From the human T2T-CHM13v2.0 reference genome, Homo sapiens, in assembly GCF_009914755.1 (NCBI RefSeq), contig NC_060928.1: a DNA stretch of 64,000 bases; one strand, written 5' to 3'. Of this stretch, positions 1 through 25,515 are shown piece after piece. The position numbers were made by a program, and so were the translations under genes. The notes under the pieces are model-generated. The model was not told the origin of the DNA. It ran no database searches and saw nothing but the letters and a program-made list of their open reading frames with translations. Positions within the stretch are counted from its first letter, which is position 1; every line of letters starts with the position of its first letter.

Positions 1-169
1 GTAAATATGCAGAAAAGTAAATACAAATACATACATGAAAAGATGTTCAAAATACCACTATGCAGAGAAATATAAAGTAACAATGACAAATTACTTTACA
101 TCCATTAGATTATCAAGAACGAAGAGCTTTAGTTAACATGTTACCAAAGTTGTTACTGTAGCTTATAGA

Positions 170-640
170 GGCTAATGTAATCCAAACCCAGACCATCCCT
201 TCTGACCTCATTTCTTTCTACTTCTCCCTTATCACTCCACCCCAGCCACACTATCCAGCTAGTGACCTTCACACAAAGCACGGCTCCCTTTTCCTGAAAC
301 ACTCATTCCTTAGATACAACTCTGGCTTGCTCCTTAATTCAGGTCTTTGGCCAAAAGTCAACTGCTCAGAAATTTGCCCTGATCACTCAACAATCTTATA
401 TATAATGCTCCTTCCATACTGCTCCATGTGCTGACCCTACTTTATTTGCCTCACAACACTTATCAGTTACCTACCATAACTGACTTGCTTATTGCATTTG
501 TATAATACTTATTTTATTGTATTCATTTGTTTATTGCCTGTCTCCCTTAGTAGGAGACAGGAACTTTTTCACTCTAGCACCTAGAACAGTGCCAGGAACA
601 TGGCAGACACTCAGTAGACACTGACAGAATGAACAAACAT
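170..640 (+). mobile_element. L2 LINE 3' end
   Basis: gcacctagaacagtgccaggaacatggcagacactcagta...gaatgaac, the L2 terminus. Confidence 0.65.
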
Positions 641-1253
641 GCAATGAACAAACACTGACCACTAGAACAGATGCTAATAAAATGGAACTCTTCTATACTC
701 ATGGAGAATATGCGGATTTATAACAGCATTTCTGAGTTTCTGTAAAATGATGCATATGTATGATAATATTCCCCTTAACTGAGCAGTAGGTCACCATCTG
801 CATAATCTAAATAAACTTCCAAATATAAGGACAAATGTAAAAGAAGAATATCTATAACAACACTACTTATAGTGGAAAAAACTAGAAACAAGAGTGAATC
901 CTCAGCAATAAGGATATAATTAAGTAAAATGTGTTACATACACAGCGTAGTTTATGCAGGCTTTAAAAGAACTGAAATTAGATCTATGCCTGTTTTCTTA
1001 GAAGGATCTGTACTACATATTAAGCAAGAAAAGCAAGATTCAGGTGTTTATACTATGAACCCATTTTATGAAACAATGACTAAACCTCCACTCTATACAT
1101 ATACATATATTAGCCTAGTGAAAGGGAGGTACCAGTGTTGATAATGCTCATGTGGAGCTTGGGCAAGGTAAGGAAAAACATAATGCTCTTTTGAAAAATG
1201 TCCACACCAAAATCAACACAAATGATACAGTCCCCATTATGTACAATTATACA

Positions 1254-1752
1254 TGTGTGGCAGATACCATAGGTTGTCTGTCCAACAGCCACTCCTGATC
1301 ATTCTTCCTTGCTATCAAAGCTTACCTCTCAATATAGTAGCAGAAAATGCCAGAAACACTTGTTCCCTTTCTCCCTTGTAGTTGAAGGATGACCATGTAA
1401 CCTGACCAATGGGAACTAAAAATCTGCTAGAGTCTCCTAGGAAGCATATTGTTTCCCCTTGAAAAGAGAGACGTGAAGAGAAGCAGCTCATTTCCTTGCT
1501 TCAAGCTTTTGAACATAGTTATCTGAGGAAGTTATGACTGAAGCTGGTAGAGCCATCCTGTGACTATGCCGGGAAGGCAAGATCAAGAGAAGTCAATCCA
1601 AAGCCCTGACTCTGCTAAACTGCTGTCAATCCTAGAACTGTCATCTCCAGCCTTCTTATTACATGTTATATATTTAATGAATACATTTCTATTGTTGACG
1701 TTACTTTCAGTCAAGTATTTGGGTCAACTGCAGCCCAACATCTTAACTAACC
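1254..1752. mobile_element. MLT1-type (ERVL-MaLR) old LTR
   Basis: tgtggcagata...gaccatgtaacctgaccaatggg...gccatcctgtgactatg...caactgcagcccaacatcttaactaa. Confidence 0.55.
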
Positions 1753-1772
1753 CTGTATCTATGTGAATTTTA

Positions 1773-8060
<6,288 letters not shown>

Positions 8061-8457
8061 TAAATGAAATAGACTAGCATAGAAAATCTCAAAACGCATT
8101 CCATATGGTAACACTGAGAACCACCTAATGAAACTTTTGTTTTGGTGTATACATATATCTACATAAACTGAGCCACAATATAGAATGCATTTCTTACTGT
8201 AGGATACAGTAAGGAACTTTTTTGAAAAACACTTTATGCTTTAGAACTCTTTGCAGCAGAACTTCGACTCACTGCTAGGATGATTTGGTGGCATTCCAAT
8301 CAGGTACATTTCATTATCAGACTCAACGAAAAGAATGACAATCTTATTTAAGCTTAGCTCTCAAAGCATATGATTGCTCTTCAGATACTTGTCCAAAAGT
8401 AAAATGCACTGCCATTTGAAACATTAAAAGCTCACCTGAGAAAAAAATGCATACAGC

Positions 8458-8632
8458 ACAGCTGTCCAATAGAACTTTTGGAGCTAGAAATACCTGCACT
8501 GTCCAACATAATAACCACTAGCCACATGTATTGAGTACCTGAAATGTAGCTAGTATGAGGAGCTGGTGAATTTTATTTAATTAACATTAAGTAGCCACAT
8601 GTGGATAGTGGCTACTGTTTTGGATAGCACAG
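8458..8632 (+). mobile_element. MER3 hAT MITE
   Basis: ctgtccaatagaacttt...ccactagccacatg...gtggctactgttttggatagcacag. Confidence 0.75.
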
Positions 8633-8679
8633 ATACAGGGCATTATGCCTTAATACTTTCAAAATGTAGGTACACGAAC

Positions 8680-8812
8680 AAAGAAATAAATGCTACATGT
8701 TTGAGATGATGAATATCCTAAATACCCTGATTTGATCATTACACATTGTATGCATGTATCAAAATATCACACATACCCCATAAATATGTACAATTATCAA
8801 CAAAAAATAGAT
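8680..8812 (+). mobile_element. L1MA 3' terminal fragment
   Basis: taccctgatttgatcattacacattgtatgcatgtatcaaaatatcac...ccccataaatatgtaca. Confidence 0.7.
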
Positions 8813-8829
8813 TTTTAAAAGGTGGTACC

Positions 8830-8953
8830 TGGACTATAAGGATCATCTGAATCACTTGGGAGCTTCTTAGAAATGCTGAATCACAGACCTGACTGCAAGC
8901 ATAATTAGAGTGACCAGCTGGTTCATGAGCACAATAAATTTGAAAAGCACTGA
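8830..8953. mobile_element. MER5-like fragment
   Basis: gaatcacttgggagctt...aatttgaaaagcactg. Confidence 0.45.
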
Positions 8954-8961
8954 TCTATAGG

Positions 8962-9604
8962 ACTGGTTTTCAATGGGCACGGAACCAGTGAGCACTGCTG
9001 TACCAGTGAAAATTAATGGGACACTTTGGTTGGAACAATTACTGATGAAGTGCTTCTGGCACTACTACACATCTAAGAGCTGGCATCTCAAATGACATTC
9101 AAATATCTTGCCAAATATTTATGTAATTTTAAAATAATCTAATCATAATAGTGAACATTTGAATTGAACTCAATTTTCTAACATTATCTAGCACCAAGTA
9201 TTTTTTGTGCAACTTTAATGTATTCTGAATTTTCCAGGAATACCATATGTAAATTGAGGAAAAGATATATTTTTGTCCAGAACTTTTACTAAGTGTTGTG
9301 CCCCATTTCAGAAAAGCTTATTTAATAGCCTGAATTTAAAAGTTATCATGTGCACATCTAGGTGGAGGTTCAGTTATCAGACTACTTCATTATGTAGTTA
9401 TGTTGGAACTAAAACAAATATTTTATTTAAAACGACTTCCCTCTTATTTCACCTATTATATTATCTCTATTATTCTCCAGTTAAGACTTTTTTCCTTTAA
9501 AAAAAAGTAGGTAAGCAAGTTATATACACATGAATTTCACTTCAGGATAATAGTGTGCACTGATTTTACATATGAGGTGCTGGGTCTAACAGACTTAACC
9601 ACTG
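8962..9604 (+). mobile_element. MER20B hAT element
   Basis: ctgaattttccaggaat...gtaaattgagg...gactacttcattatgt...catgaatttcacttcaggata...accactg. Confidence 0.65.
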
Positions 9605-10089
9605 ATTTAAAGATTTATGCACCTATTATCATCCCTCTAGATCAGGGGGCCTTAATCTGGGAATACTGTACAAGGATCTTCAGCCAAGAATTCTATTGAG
9701 TGCAGCTTCAGGAGATCTATAAAGTCCTCCGTAGCACACAATTTGATGCATAGGTATTAAATGATAATCAATCATCAAGGTGTTGCCACCACAGGGTGAA
9801 GAACACATAACTTTATCAGGAAGTACTAAATTAAGAAACATACGTTACACCCTGAGACTGTATAAATTAGGCTGGACTATAAACTTGGGCCTCAAAATGT
9901 GGATCACCACCCAGTTACATTTACAGAATTGCAATTTTTATCATTTCATCAACCTACATTGATGAACTCTACAAAAAGAAAAAAAACTAAAAGAGTTACA
10001 GAGTCACTGCATTACTCACACTATAGGTGTTCCTTCACCGAGACATAGGGAAGGCTAACATCCATTAAACATTTGCTACACACCAAGCC

Positions 10090-10275
10090 ATACGTTACAT
10101 TCTGTACACCCAGGAATTCATTCATAAAGTCTCACAACCACCCTCTGATACAGGTATTACTCCTTGTTTCACAAATGAGGAAACTAGCTTAGAAAGCTCA
10201 ATTAACTTTGACTAAGTTCATACAGCTAATAGCAGAACTAGAATGTGAACTCAGGTTGTCTGCCTCCCAAACATG
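10090..10275 (-). mobile_element. MIR SINE
   Basis: ctcacaaccaccct...ttcacaaatgaggaaact core. Confidence 0.65.
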
Positions 10276-10654
10276 CATGCACTTTTCTGGAGAGGGTGGC
10301 TACTTTTTCTTTAATGTTATCATAAAGTATACATCTATTGGATCTTGTCTTCCATTGGCATAGCCTGCTAGATTTCTTAGGGCAAAAATTATATCCCACA
10401 AATGAAAGTTGCCCAAGCATGACATCAGCATCTTTGAGTAAATTGCTTCACTTAGAGTGGTCACTTAGAATGGGCTTTATGGAATGCATTTGGCATGCTA
10501 ACCTTACCTTTGGTTTAATATTTTTTCACATTCTCCCTTTTCTTCATTTTTAAATTTACTTCCTGCAATAAGGCAATGAACAAATAAATCCACACTACAT
10601 GCTGCTTTAGGTAATGCATGAAATACTAAGACAGTCCTACAGAGTGAATACAGC

Positions 10655-10660
10655 TTTATT
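10655..10660 (-). terminator. Candidate far-distal poly(A) signal AATAAA (would give a ~9.3 kb 3' UTR)
   Basis: Lies in unique sequence, with upstream UGUA (10731-10728) and downstream ctgtcttagtattt. Confidence 0.4.
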
Positions 10661-11119
10661 GGATGATTTAGAAACCACCTGGAATCATTCTTATAATTCA
10701 AAACACCAACTATCATTATGATAACAGTACATAAGTTCCAGTATTTTCCACTTTGAGAGAACCCTGGTTTCCTTGGCTGCTTTCTAAAGAGGAGAAAAAG
10801 AACACCTAACAGGGAGATAGATCAACAATGAGCACATTTGAGGGCATAGGCAAAAAGTAGGGAGATCAGTTGTTATGTTATTTAGGTAAGAACTGATACA
10901 GTAACAGTCAGGAGACAAATAGAAACTGCAGTGGACTTGGAGACACTGCCTAAGTGGAAGGTGAAAGGAAGTAGAGCCATGCAAACCAAGCTTAGTTGAC
11001 CATATTGATGACAAAGTCGTAAATGGTGTTAGGAGTTTGTAAGAAGTAAAAGGGAAATTTAAAGAGGGTAAGCTATTTGGTTTTTTGCCAACACTACCAT
11101 CACTGCAAAACGTTTAGAG

Positions 11120-11303
11120 TAGGTGGTCAGCAAACTTTTTACATAAAGAACCAGTTAGTATATATCTCAGGCTTTACAGCCAGATAGTCTCTGTCTACTT
11201 TAAGACAACTCTGACATTGTGGCACAAAAACAGCCATGAATATATGTAAACAAATGGGTAAGGCCATGTTTCAATAAAACTTTATTTACAAAATAGATGT
11301 GAG
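11120..11303. mobile_element. MER58A-like hAT MITE abutting the L1PA
   Basis: ggtcagcaaactttt...caataaaactttatttacaaaa resembles MER58A. Confidence 0.6.
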
Positions 11304-11998
11304 CAGTCAGAATGGCTATTACTAAAAAGTCAAAAAATAATAGATGCTGACAAGGTTGTGGAGAAAAGTGAACACTTATTCACCGTTGGTGGGAGTGTAA
11401 ATTAGTTCAACCATTGTGGAAGACAGTGTGGCAATTCATCAAAGACCTAAAGGCAGAAATAGCATTCAACTCAGCAATCCCATTACTGGGTATATACACA
11501 ACAGAATATAAATCATTCTATTATAAAAAGACATGCACATGTATGTTCATTGCAGCACTATTCACAATAGCAAAAACATGGAATCAACCTAAATGCCTAA
11601 TGATAGACTGGATAAAGAAAATGTGGTACATATACACCACAGAATACTATGCAGCCATAAAAAAGTACAAGATCATGTCCTTTACAGGGACTTGGATGGA
11701 GCTCGAGGCCATTATCCTTAGCAAACTAATGCAGGAACAGAAAACCAAACACCACATTCTCACTTGTAAGTGGGAGCTAAATGATGAGAACACATGGACA
11801 CACAGAGGGGAACAACACACACTGGGGCCTATCAGAGGGTGGAGGGTGGGAGCAGGGAGAGGATCAGGAAAAACAACTAGTGCATACTAGGCTTAACACC
11901 TGGGTGATGAAATAATCTGTACAACAACCCCATGACACAAGTTTACCTATGTAACAAATCTACACTTTCATCCCTGAACTTAAAAGTTAAAAAAAAAA
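11304..11998 (+). mobile_element. 5'-truncated L1PA element: ORF2 C-terminus, 3' UTR and poly(A)
   Basis: ORF 11414-11890 (IPLLGIY...TCTCMFIAALFTIAKTWNQPKC...WIKKMWYIYTTEYYAAIKK) is the L1 ORF2 C-terminus, followed by a G-rich UTR and an A tail. Confidence 0.92.
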
Positions 11999-12473
11999 GT
12001 GATTGGCACAAAATGACAGGATGGATAACCCAAGGGCAGTAGAAATGGAAGATGCGAACATTTGAAGACAACCTTCATAAAAGTACTACTTACAAAACAG
12101 CATGTAGAAAAGGAAAATAGTGGTTTCCTGAAAGGAGAAAAAATGTGCTTACTAATCACTTATCATTCTGACTCAGTTACAAAACCCATGTGTGGAGACA
12201 TGCAGGACATTGCAATATTTAACCATGGTTATTATCTAAAAGGCAGAGCTAGAACACAGAGCCCCAACAGTATATCTAATACACTCAACACCTTGACATA
12301 AACAATACAAAACAAGGTCAAGTTGGGACATATCTTGTCTCACATGTCCTATGGCATATACTACACATCAAAACACGATGTCAGGCACCATGCACAAACC
12401 ATTCACCCAAAATTGTGTCAAATGTTGAAGTCACAAAATAAAGCAGAAAAATAATGCTCTTAAAAACAAATCA

Positions 12474-17555
<5,082 letters not shown>

Positions 17556-18245
17556 GAAAATATATCTATTTAATCTATTTATAATATCCTGCTAAACAGA
17601 GAGAAAACAGTAAGTTGGAAAATAACATATAGCCTAATTTTGTATTTAGAGAAGATGCTGATAAAGTTATAAAAGTTGCAAGTCACTGTACTATTTAAGT
17701 GGCAACTGCCAAAAGTGATTCAGCGTAATTTATTATCCTTTCTTGTCCCCAGGAAAAAGGTTTAAAATAACATCATGATTCTAAAATGGTAATACCAATA
17801 ATCAAATGCTACACATCAGTTATTTCAAAAATTTAGAACTGTATACATTTAATGTGTTAATTCCTCCTTTGCACCTAAAAGCTGATGCTTAAAATTGGAC
17901 TTCATCTTAGAATTAAGAAAATAGATCAATTTATAATAGATACACTACTTCAGTCCCACCCACTGCCAACATACCAGTAACATCATCACTTTTAAGTAAA
18001 CTCTTGAAGTACTCAAAACTATACATATTGACATAGACAGTAAGTCACCTTAACCAATTACCCAAGTTTAACTAGCAGATATTATGTACAGTATGCTGAG
18101 ATTATAATAAACACAGAATTCTGATTCAGTATTTCTAGAATACTGAACAAGAGGTGTTTGTGGCATTGAGAGTACTGTGATAACCTGTGGTACCCTTTAA
18201 ACTGCTTTAAAATTTTACAATGAAATCAGTGCTATTAATTTCATG

Positions 18246-18251
18246 TTTATT
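18246..18251 (-). terminator. Poly(A) signal AATAAA, probable main distal site
   Basis: Minus strand gaAATAAAcatg near the distal end of the repeat-free UTR. Consistent with the recalled reference UTR length of ~1.75 kb. Confidence 0.6.
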
Positions 18252-19038
18252 TCATACAGGGTTTTTGTCAAGTTTATCAGTTTTAAAATGATTAAGTCAT
18301 AATCACCATTCAAAGACAAATTTTCCTCTCAAAATAATAATTTCCATTCTGCTACCTACAGTTTGGCTTATCCTTTGGTCTGATAGCCATACTTCATCTC
18401 ACAGGACTATACAAGTATGTACTATGTACAAAACATTTTCAAGTTTGCTTTCAAATGATACCTACAAAGAGTAGATCAAGTTTTCAAGTTTACAGAATAC
18501 CATACTACAACAATTTACCACTATAAATATGTCTTAACACCTGTTTATTCCATTCTATTTAGATTGCAACACTAACAAGATTCTTAATGCATATGTCCCC
18601 ACCACCTGTACTTTCCCTACACTATCATTTTGACACTTAACATAGAAACAACTCAATTCAGCAACCAAGTTTTACAACCACTGTTGCTACCAATCAAATG
18701 GTGATGCATCAGATCCCAATTCTCATGAGTATTAACATATTAAGAGAGTACATTATTTACCTAAGACTGAATGACTGTGCCTTACTTTATAAAAAAACAA
18801 AGATAGCCACATCAATTTAATTCCATATATATGATACTACCTATTCAATTTATTAAAAATTGTAATAAACATAATAATCAAACTAGTGCTCCAAACTTAT
18901 GCTGTTCACATGGAAGACACCACAAAAGAAGACATAATATAGAGACTGCCTTGCAATAAGAAGTACAAATTCCTTCTATAAAGATGGAGAAATAAAAGGA
19001 CAAATCTAGTTGTCTAAAAGACAATTCACTGTACACAT

Positions 19039-19044
19039 TTTATT
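19039..19044 (-). terminator. Poly(A) signal AATAAA, overlapped by a Pumilio element
   Basis: Minus strand CTGTAAATAAAATGTGTACAGTG, with GU/U-rich downstream sequence (ttgtcttttag...ttgtcctttt). Confidence 0.7.
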
Positions 19045-19344
19045 TACAGTTTTGTACACTGTCTTAATATGAATGGGACTGCTTTTCTACTTGAGCCATT
19101 TTTAACCAAAGCAAAATAACCTAAGTAATACAAAGTGTTAAAATACAGCATAAAGATACAAAAACAGACATACTAATTCTAGTTAGGAATGTAATTATGA
19201 TGTTACATTTTTTATAATCCACAATTATGTTTAGGAAATCACACAAACATAGATCACTGATTTGAATGAAATGCATAAATTTGTAGCAAAGCTTTGTAGT
19301 TACAAAAAACAAAAAAAATTACCAAAGAATGCACAAAATTAATG

Positions 19345-19350
19345 TTTATT
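19345..19350 (-). terminator. Proximal poly(A) signal AATAAA
   Basis: Followed on the minus strand by a U/GU-rich element (ttttgtgcattctttggtaatttttttgttttttgt). Confidence 0.65.
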
Positions 19351-19981
19351 CCACCTTTGTGTCATATTCCTGGATCCTTCACCAATGTTACATGAGGAAA
19401 AAAACAAAAGCAAAACAAATGAAAAACTGAAATCAGAATCACTAATATTATCAAGTAGGGAAACAAATAAATTAAAATCTAGCAGCCATCAGCAAGAGTA
19501 CAGCAAAGACAATGCTGTAAAAAGAAACAAAGAAAATTGCTAGAAAACTGTATGCATCATAATCTTTCAAACCAGCAAAATATGCTTCTGCATAAAATGG
19601 AACAACAGAATTTTTTTTCCTGTAAAGTATAGAAATGCCAAGTTGTTTTCTGACTATTGTGGATAGGTAAAATCTGTATGTAATTAATGGTAATTCTACT
19701 GAACTATTACAGAGTGGGCCAGGAACACATTTATGGATTCTGGGGATGTGTACTGTAATTCTTTGATTGGGATAGTGGAAACTCTAGCCAAAAAAAAAAA
19801 AAAAAATGAACACAGAAGTACAAGACAAAGGCGAATGAGACTTCTCTTATATCTGAGTAACATTAAGATGGAAATCAAATTTAAATGCAGTCCACTCTGC
19901 TTTTTGAAGAGGCTTTGGTTCAGCTCCCAAATCTCGATTGCTTGACGCAGTCTCCTATGAGAATACTCAGAAGGTGTCTTC

Positions 19982-20096
19982 TTAAACAACAAACCTATTT
20001 TTAGTGGTGGAGCCGCTCTTAGTAGCTGTGTCTGCGTGGGACTGATAACCAATCACTATCTTTGGAGGAAGTCCTAACCTTTCCTTGTATACCCTC
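19982..20096 (-). CDS. EIF4E: EIF4E terminal exon 7, coding part (G-RVYKERLGLPPKIVIGYQSHADTATKSGSTTKNRFVV*; includes the MNK site Ser209)
   Basis: Long pyrimidine tract followed by cttctag|GAGGGTATAC. TAA stop at 19984-19982. Confidence 0.98.
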
Positions 20097-20645
20097 CTAG
20101 AAGAAAAAAAAAAAGAAGAAGAAAAAAGTAGTCATTAACTTTTACTCACAAGAAATACATTTAAAAATTTAGGGTTATTAGTCTTTATATTAAAAAACAT
20201 AGACTTGAGAATAAAATAGGAAATTAATTATACACCCTTTTCCTTTCAGCACAATTTACTCTTCATTTTTGCGATATTCTTGGTTAATTACTTTTAAAAT
20301 ATTTGAGAGCGAGTCAGGTATGTTATTACTAAATTACAGGAGCATTACTATATTATTATATTGTTATTTATTATGATACTATTACTAAATCAACAGTGAA
20401 CAAAGTAAGGACAGTCCCTGAGCTGACTGCATTTATAGTCTAGTAGAGAAAACATAATCAAATAATCACAAATACATGACAGACCTGTATCACATGCATA
20501 CTTAAAAACAGAAATCTGTAAAACAAACATGTTTCATTCTTTGATCTAAAATGTTACATTTCACGTCTGAACCCTAGCAAATATTGTATATTACTACACA
20601 AATTATATTAACCATACCTGTTATAAGACTGCACAAACAAAAACT

Positions 20646-20702
20646 AAACACTTTGAGGGAGATTAAACACTTCGAGGGAGTGAATGAAACACTTCGAGGG
20701 AG
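20646..20702 (+). repeat. Three direct copies of 16-bp AAACACTTYGAGGGAG
   Basis: Copies at 20646-20661, 20665-20680 and 20687-20702. Confidence 0.9.
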
Positions 20703-21152
20703 AATGTAATTTCTGCTTTACATACTAACTTTACAACCTAATTTTCAAGTAAGACATGACTCTATTGCAAGAATAAAATGGCACTTGTCATGAGTGCCAA
20801 AGAGTAAACATAAGGGCTGTGATACTGTATAACAAGGAGATTCTAATCTCATCTACAACATTAGAGAAGTCTTCCCCTTTAAATATCACGAGGTCAAAAG
20901 GATAATGTTAAGAGAATGAGCACATTTGAAAGCTGAGAAATAAAAATTAGGCTGTGTGGCTATGGCTTGTAAGTAAAGTGAACATGAGATAAAGCTGACA
21001 AGGTTTCAGAGGAAGATCACAGAGAGCTTCATAGGTCATCTTAAAAATTTGAATCTTTGGCTGGGCGCGGTGGCTCACGCCTGTAATCCCAGCACTTTGG
21101 GAGGCCGAGGCGGGCGGATCACGAGGTCAGGAGATCGAGACCATCCTGGCTA

Positions 21153-21398
<246 letters not shown>

Positions 21399-22370
21399 TC
21401 AAAAATAAGCAAAAATCAAATAAAAATAAAGGAATAAAGATATTAATGGAGTTAAATCCTCCAACATGATACTAGGATAGGTTTTTTTTATACCTTCCAG
21501 AAGATTTACTACCTTCCCCCTAAAATAAGGTATTAAAAAGTAATTTTATGGTAACTAAAGTGTTAATTATCAAATTTGCATTATAATGCAATGCATTCCT
21601 TTCAATTATACTTAATTATTAAAAATGTCAAAAAGCAAGACCATTGAGTCATGCAAATTGGAAGGTTAAAAAAGAAAATCTTCGTTTGAAAATCTGAAGT
21701 CTTAATATACACTCAAAAACATTTAATATTGACAAAAATACAAAACTTCCGTAGGAAAAAAATTCTTAATTTAACTCATTTAAAAAAAAAAAAAGTAAAT
21801 CCTCCAAAATTAGGTTTTGATGCTGGAAGAAACATTAAAATATGATGACAAATCAACTCTTTTCTCTTATGGAACCCCATATAGCATGAAATGTAGAAAA
21901 TCCCTATACCTTTTGATCCAGAAATAAATTATGTTCACATAAAAATTTACATGGCTGAGAGCAATGGATCACGCCTGAAATCCCAGCACTTTGGGAGGCT
22001 GAGGCAGGTGGATGACTTGAGGCTAGGAGTTTGACACCAGCCTGGCCAACATGGCGAAACCCTGTCTCTACAAAAACTACTGCAGTGGTTCAGGCCTGTG
22101 GTCCCAGCTATTCAGGAGGCTGAGGCAAGAGAATCACTTGAACCCAAGAGGTGGAGGTTGCAGTGAGCTGACATCGCGCTACTGCACCCCTGCCTGGGCA
22201 ACAGAGTGTGACTCTGTCTCAAAAAATTAATTAATTTTAAAAAGAAAAATTAATAATATTTGAAAAATCACAAAGGGGCAAACCAAACATTTTGACCACT
22301 GACTGACCAGCACTTAATTTTAACATAAAATTGTAAGTCAAATTTTTTTTTTTTTTTTTTTTTTTTGTGA

Positions 22371-22589
<219 letters not shown>

Positions 22590-22786
22590 TGATCCACCTG
22601 CCTCAGCCTCCCAAAGTGCTGCGATTACAGGTGTGAGCCACTGCGCCTGGTGTCAAATATTACTAATATAATTGAGGTAAAAAGAAATCTTAGAAAAAAA
22701 ATGTCAGCTGGTTTAGCATGGTGGCTCACGCCTGTAATCTCAGCACTTTGAAAGGCTGAGGTGGCTTGATCAAGTCCAGGAGTTCA

Positions 22787-23026
<240 letters not shown>

Positions 23027-23389
23027 TTACAAAAAAAGGTTTAATAAAACCCTACATATGTGGGTTTTAAACATGGAACAAAAACCAAGATATGTTATAT
23101 AAATTTTAATGAAAATTATACGTAGTAAACACACATGCTTTAAATGCACATATACTATTTGCCAATAATCACTGAATTATTATTATGAGCATACATTAGC
23201 TCTTTTCAAAGTAGTACTTTTTTCCAAACAGCACTTTCAAAGTAGGAAATAATACATTCTCATTTGTGAATGAATAAAAAATGCTACATGCCAAAGGAGA
23301 GTGCTCTAGTGGTTATATACTTCACTGCTAAGAAAAAGCAATTTTACAGAAATAAAAAACATATGAAAAAGGCCAGGCGCAGTGGCTCA

Positions 23390-23656
<267 letters not shown>

Positions 23657-23871
23657 CTAAATAAATAAATAAATAAATAGCTGTGAAAAAACCCAAAAAA
23701 ACAAGACGTTGCGCACCAATTGAGCCGTTCAAAATTATAAAAGTGTTCACGAAAACAATACAAGGAAAACAGGATCTACAAACTGAAGTATTTCTAAAGC
23801 TACAAATAAAATAACTTCTGGTTTTACTCATCTTAATACTGTAAAATAAGTAGGCAAAGAGCAAAACTTAC

Positions 23872-24011
23872 CCTATATGTGTAACAGCTTCTCTGTTTTC
23901 ACATTCAGTAGTCCATATTGCTATCTTATCACCTTTAGCTCTAACATTAACAACAGCGCCACATACATCATCACTGTAGTCATCAAAAGATTCTCCAATA
24001 AGGCACAGAAG
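23872..24011 (-). CDS. EIF4E: EIF4E coding exon 6 (140 nt; LLCLIGESFDDYSDDVCGAVVNVRAKGDKIAIWTTECENREAVTHI-G)
   Basis: tttttttaag|CTTCTGTGC...CATATAGG|gtaagt. The acceptor is the less common AAG. Confidence 0.98.
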
Positions 24012-24385
24012 CTTAAAAAAAAATCCCAAATTACATTTAATAGATTATAAACAAGCTCATTACACTGCAAATGTCTCTTCTGTATTTGCATAGAAACTAA
24101 AGGCAGTTTTTAAATCAAGAGTTAATTTTTTAAATGTGTAAATTTTATTTGCATATATTGATCTGTCCTGACTTTTAAATACTCATTCATTTATTTACTA
24201 TCAAATCAGCCTTTTTCAGCAAATTTGGCAGTTAATGTCATGGCAGACATAAAAGCTGATTTTATTAATATTCATTTGCTCTGCTGCTGCTTATATTTAT
24301 GAGCAAACAAATATTAATAGAATAATAAAAATAGCTATTCATGGTTAATCTCCTCTTGTTCTTATTTTTTATGAATATTTGTTAA

Positions 24386-24499
<114 letters not shown>

Positions 24500-24945
24500 T
24501 GATCCTTCCACCTCAGCCTCCTGAGTAGGTGGGCATACATACAGGGACATGTCACCATACCCAGTTAATTTTTGTATTTTTTGTAGAGACAGGGTTTTGC
24601 CATGTTGCCCAAACTGGTCTTGAACTCCTGAGTTTAAGTGAAATGCCTGCCTCAGCCTCCTGAAGTGTTGAGATCACAGGTGTGAGCCCAGCCCTAACAG
24701 ATTTCTTAATTGTGGTAAAATACAAATAACATAAAATTTACCATTTTAACCACCTTTAAGTGTACAGTTCAGTGGTGTTAAGTACATTCAACATTGTTGT
24801 ACAACCATCCCTACTACCATCCATCTCCAGAAGATTTTTTTTAACTGCAAAATGGAAATGTCCTGACTTTTTAATGTGGAATTCAAAAATGGTATTTGCT
24901 CATGATCTTCCCCCTCAAAAACAGAATTTTCTTCTTAAAAAGTCA

Positions 24946-25095
<150 letters not shown>

Positions 25096-25326
25096 CTAAA
25101 AAAAAGCAAAATAGTCACTTATTCAAACATTTAAAGTGATTAACTTAACAAGTGCTAACTATAAACCAGGCACGGTTTCAAGTGCTAGGGATACAAAAGA
25201 GACTACAAACCCCGCTCCTATAAGCTTGGGGTTTGGAACCTCTGTCTACAGAAAATGCTTATTATCTCATATTTAATTTGTCTTGTAAAGCCAGAAGTTC
25301 CAGTTAATATCACAACATGTAGGTCA

Positions 25327-25515
<189 letters not shown>

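Larger units (their letters stand above)
18230..19981 (-). other. EIF4E: EIF4E main 3' UTR (~1.75 kb, repeat-free, U-rich)
   Basis: Unique sequence following the stop codon, with a U17 tract (19790-19806), AUUUA motifs and several AATAAA. The 3' end is inferred from the AATAAA at 18251-18246. Confidence 0.8.

Noticed and set aside
11414-11890. 158-aa ORF
   Set aside because: It is the C-terminal remnant of L1 ORF2 in a 5'-truncated element, starting at a non-ATG codon.
19696-20052. 118-aa alternative-frame ORF overlapping exon 7 and the 3' UTR
   Set aside because: It starts at TTG, and its frame has a TAG shortly after the exon 7 acceptor, so upstream exons cannot splice into it.
20646-20702. 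CRISPR-like direct repeats
   Set aside because: Only three 16-bp copies with 3-6 nt spacers, in a eukaryotic intron with no cas genes.
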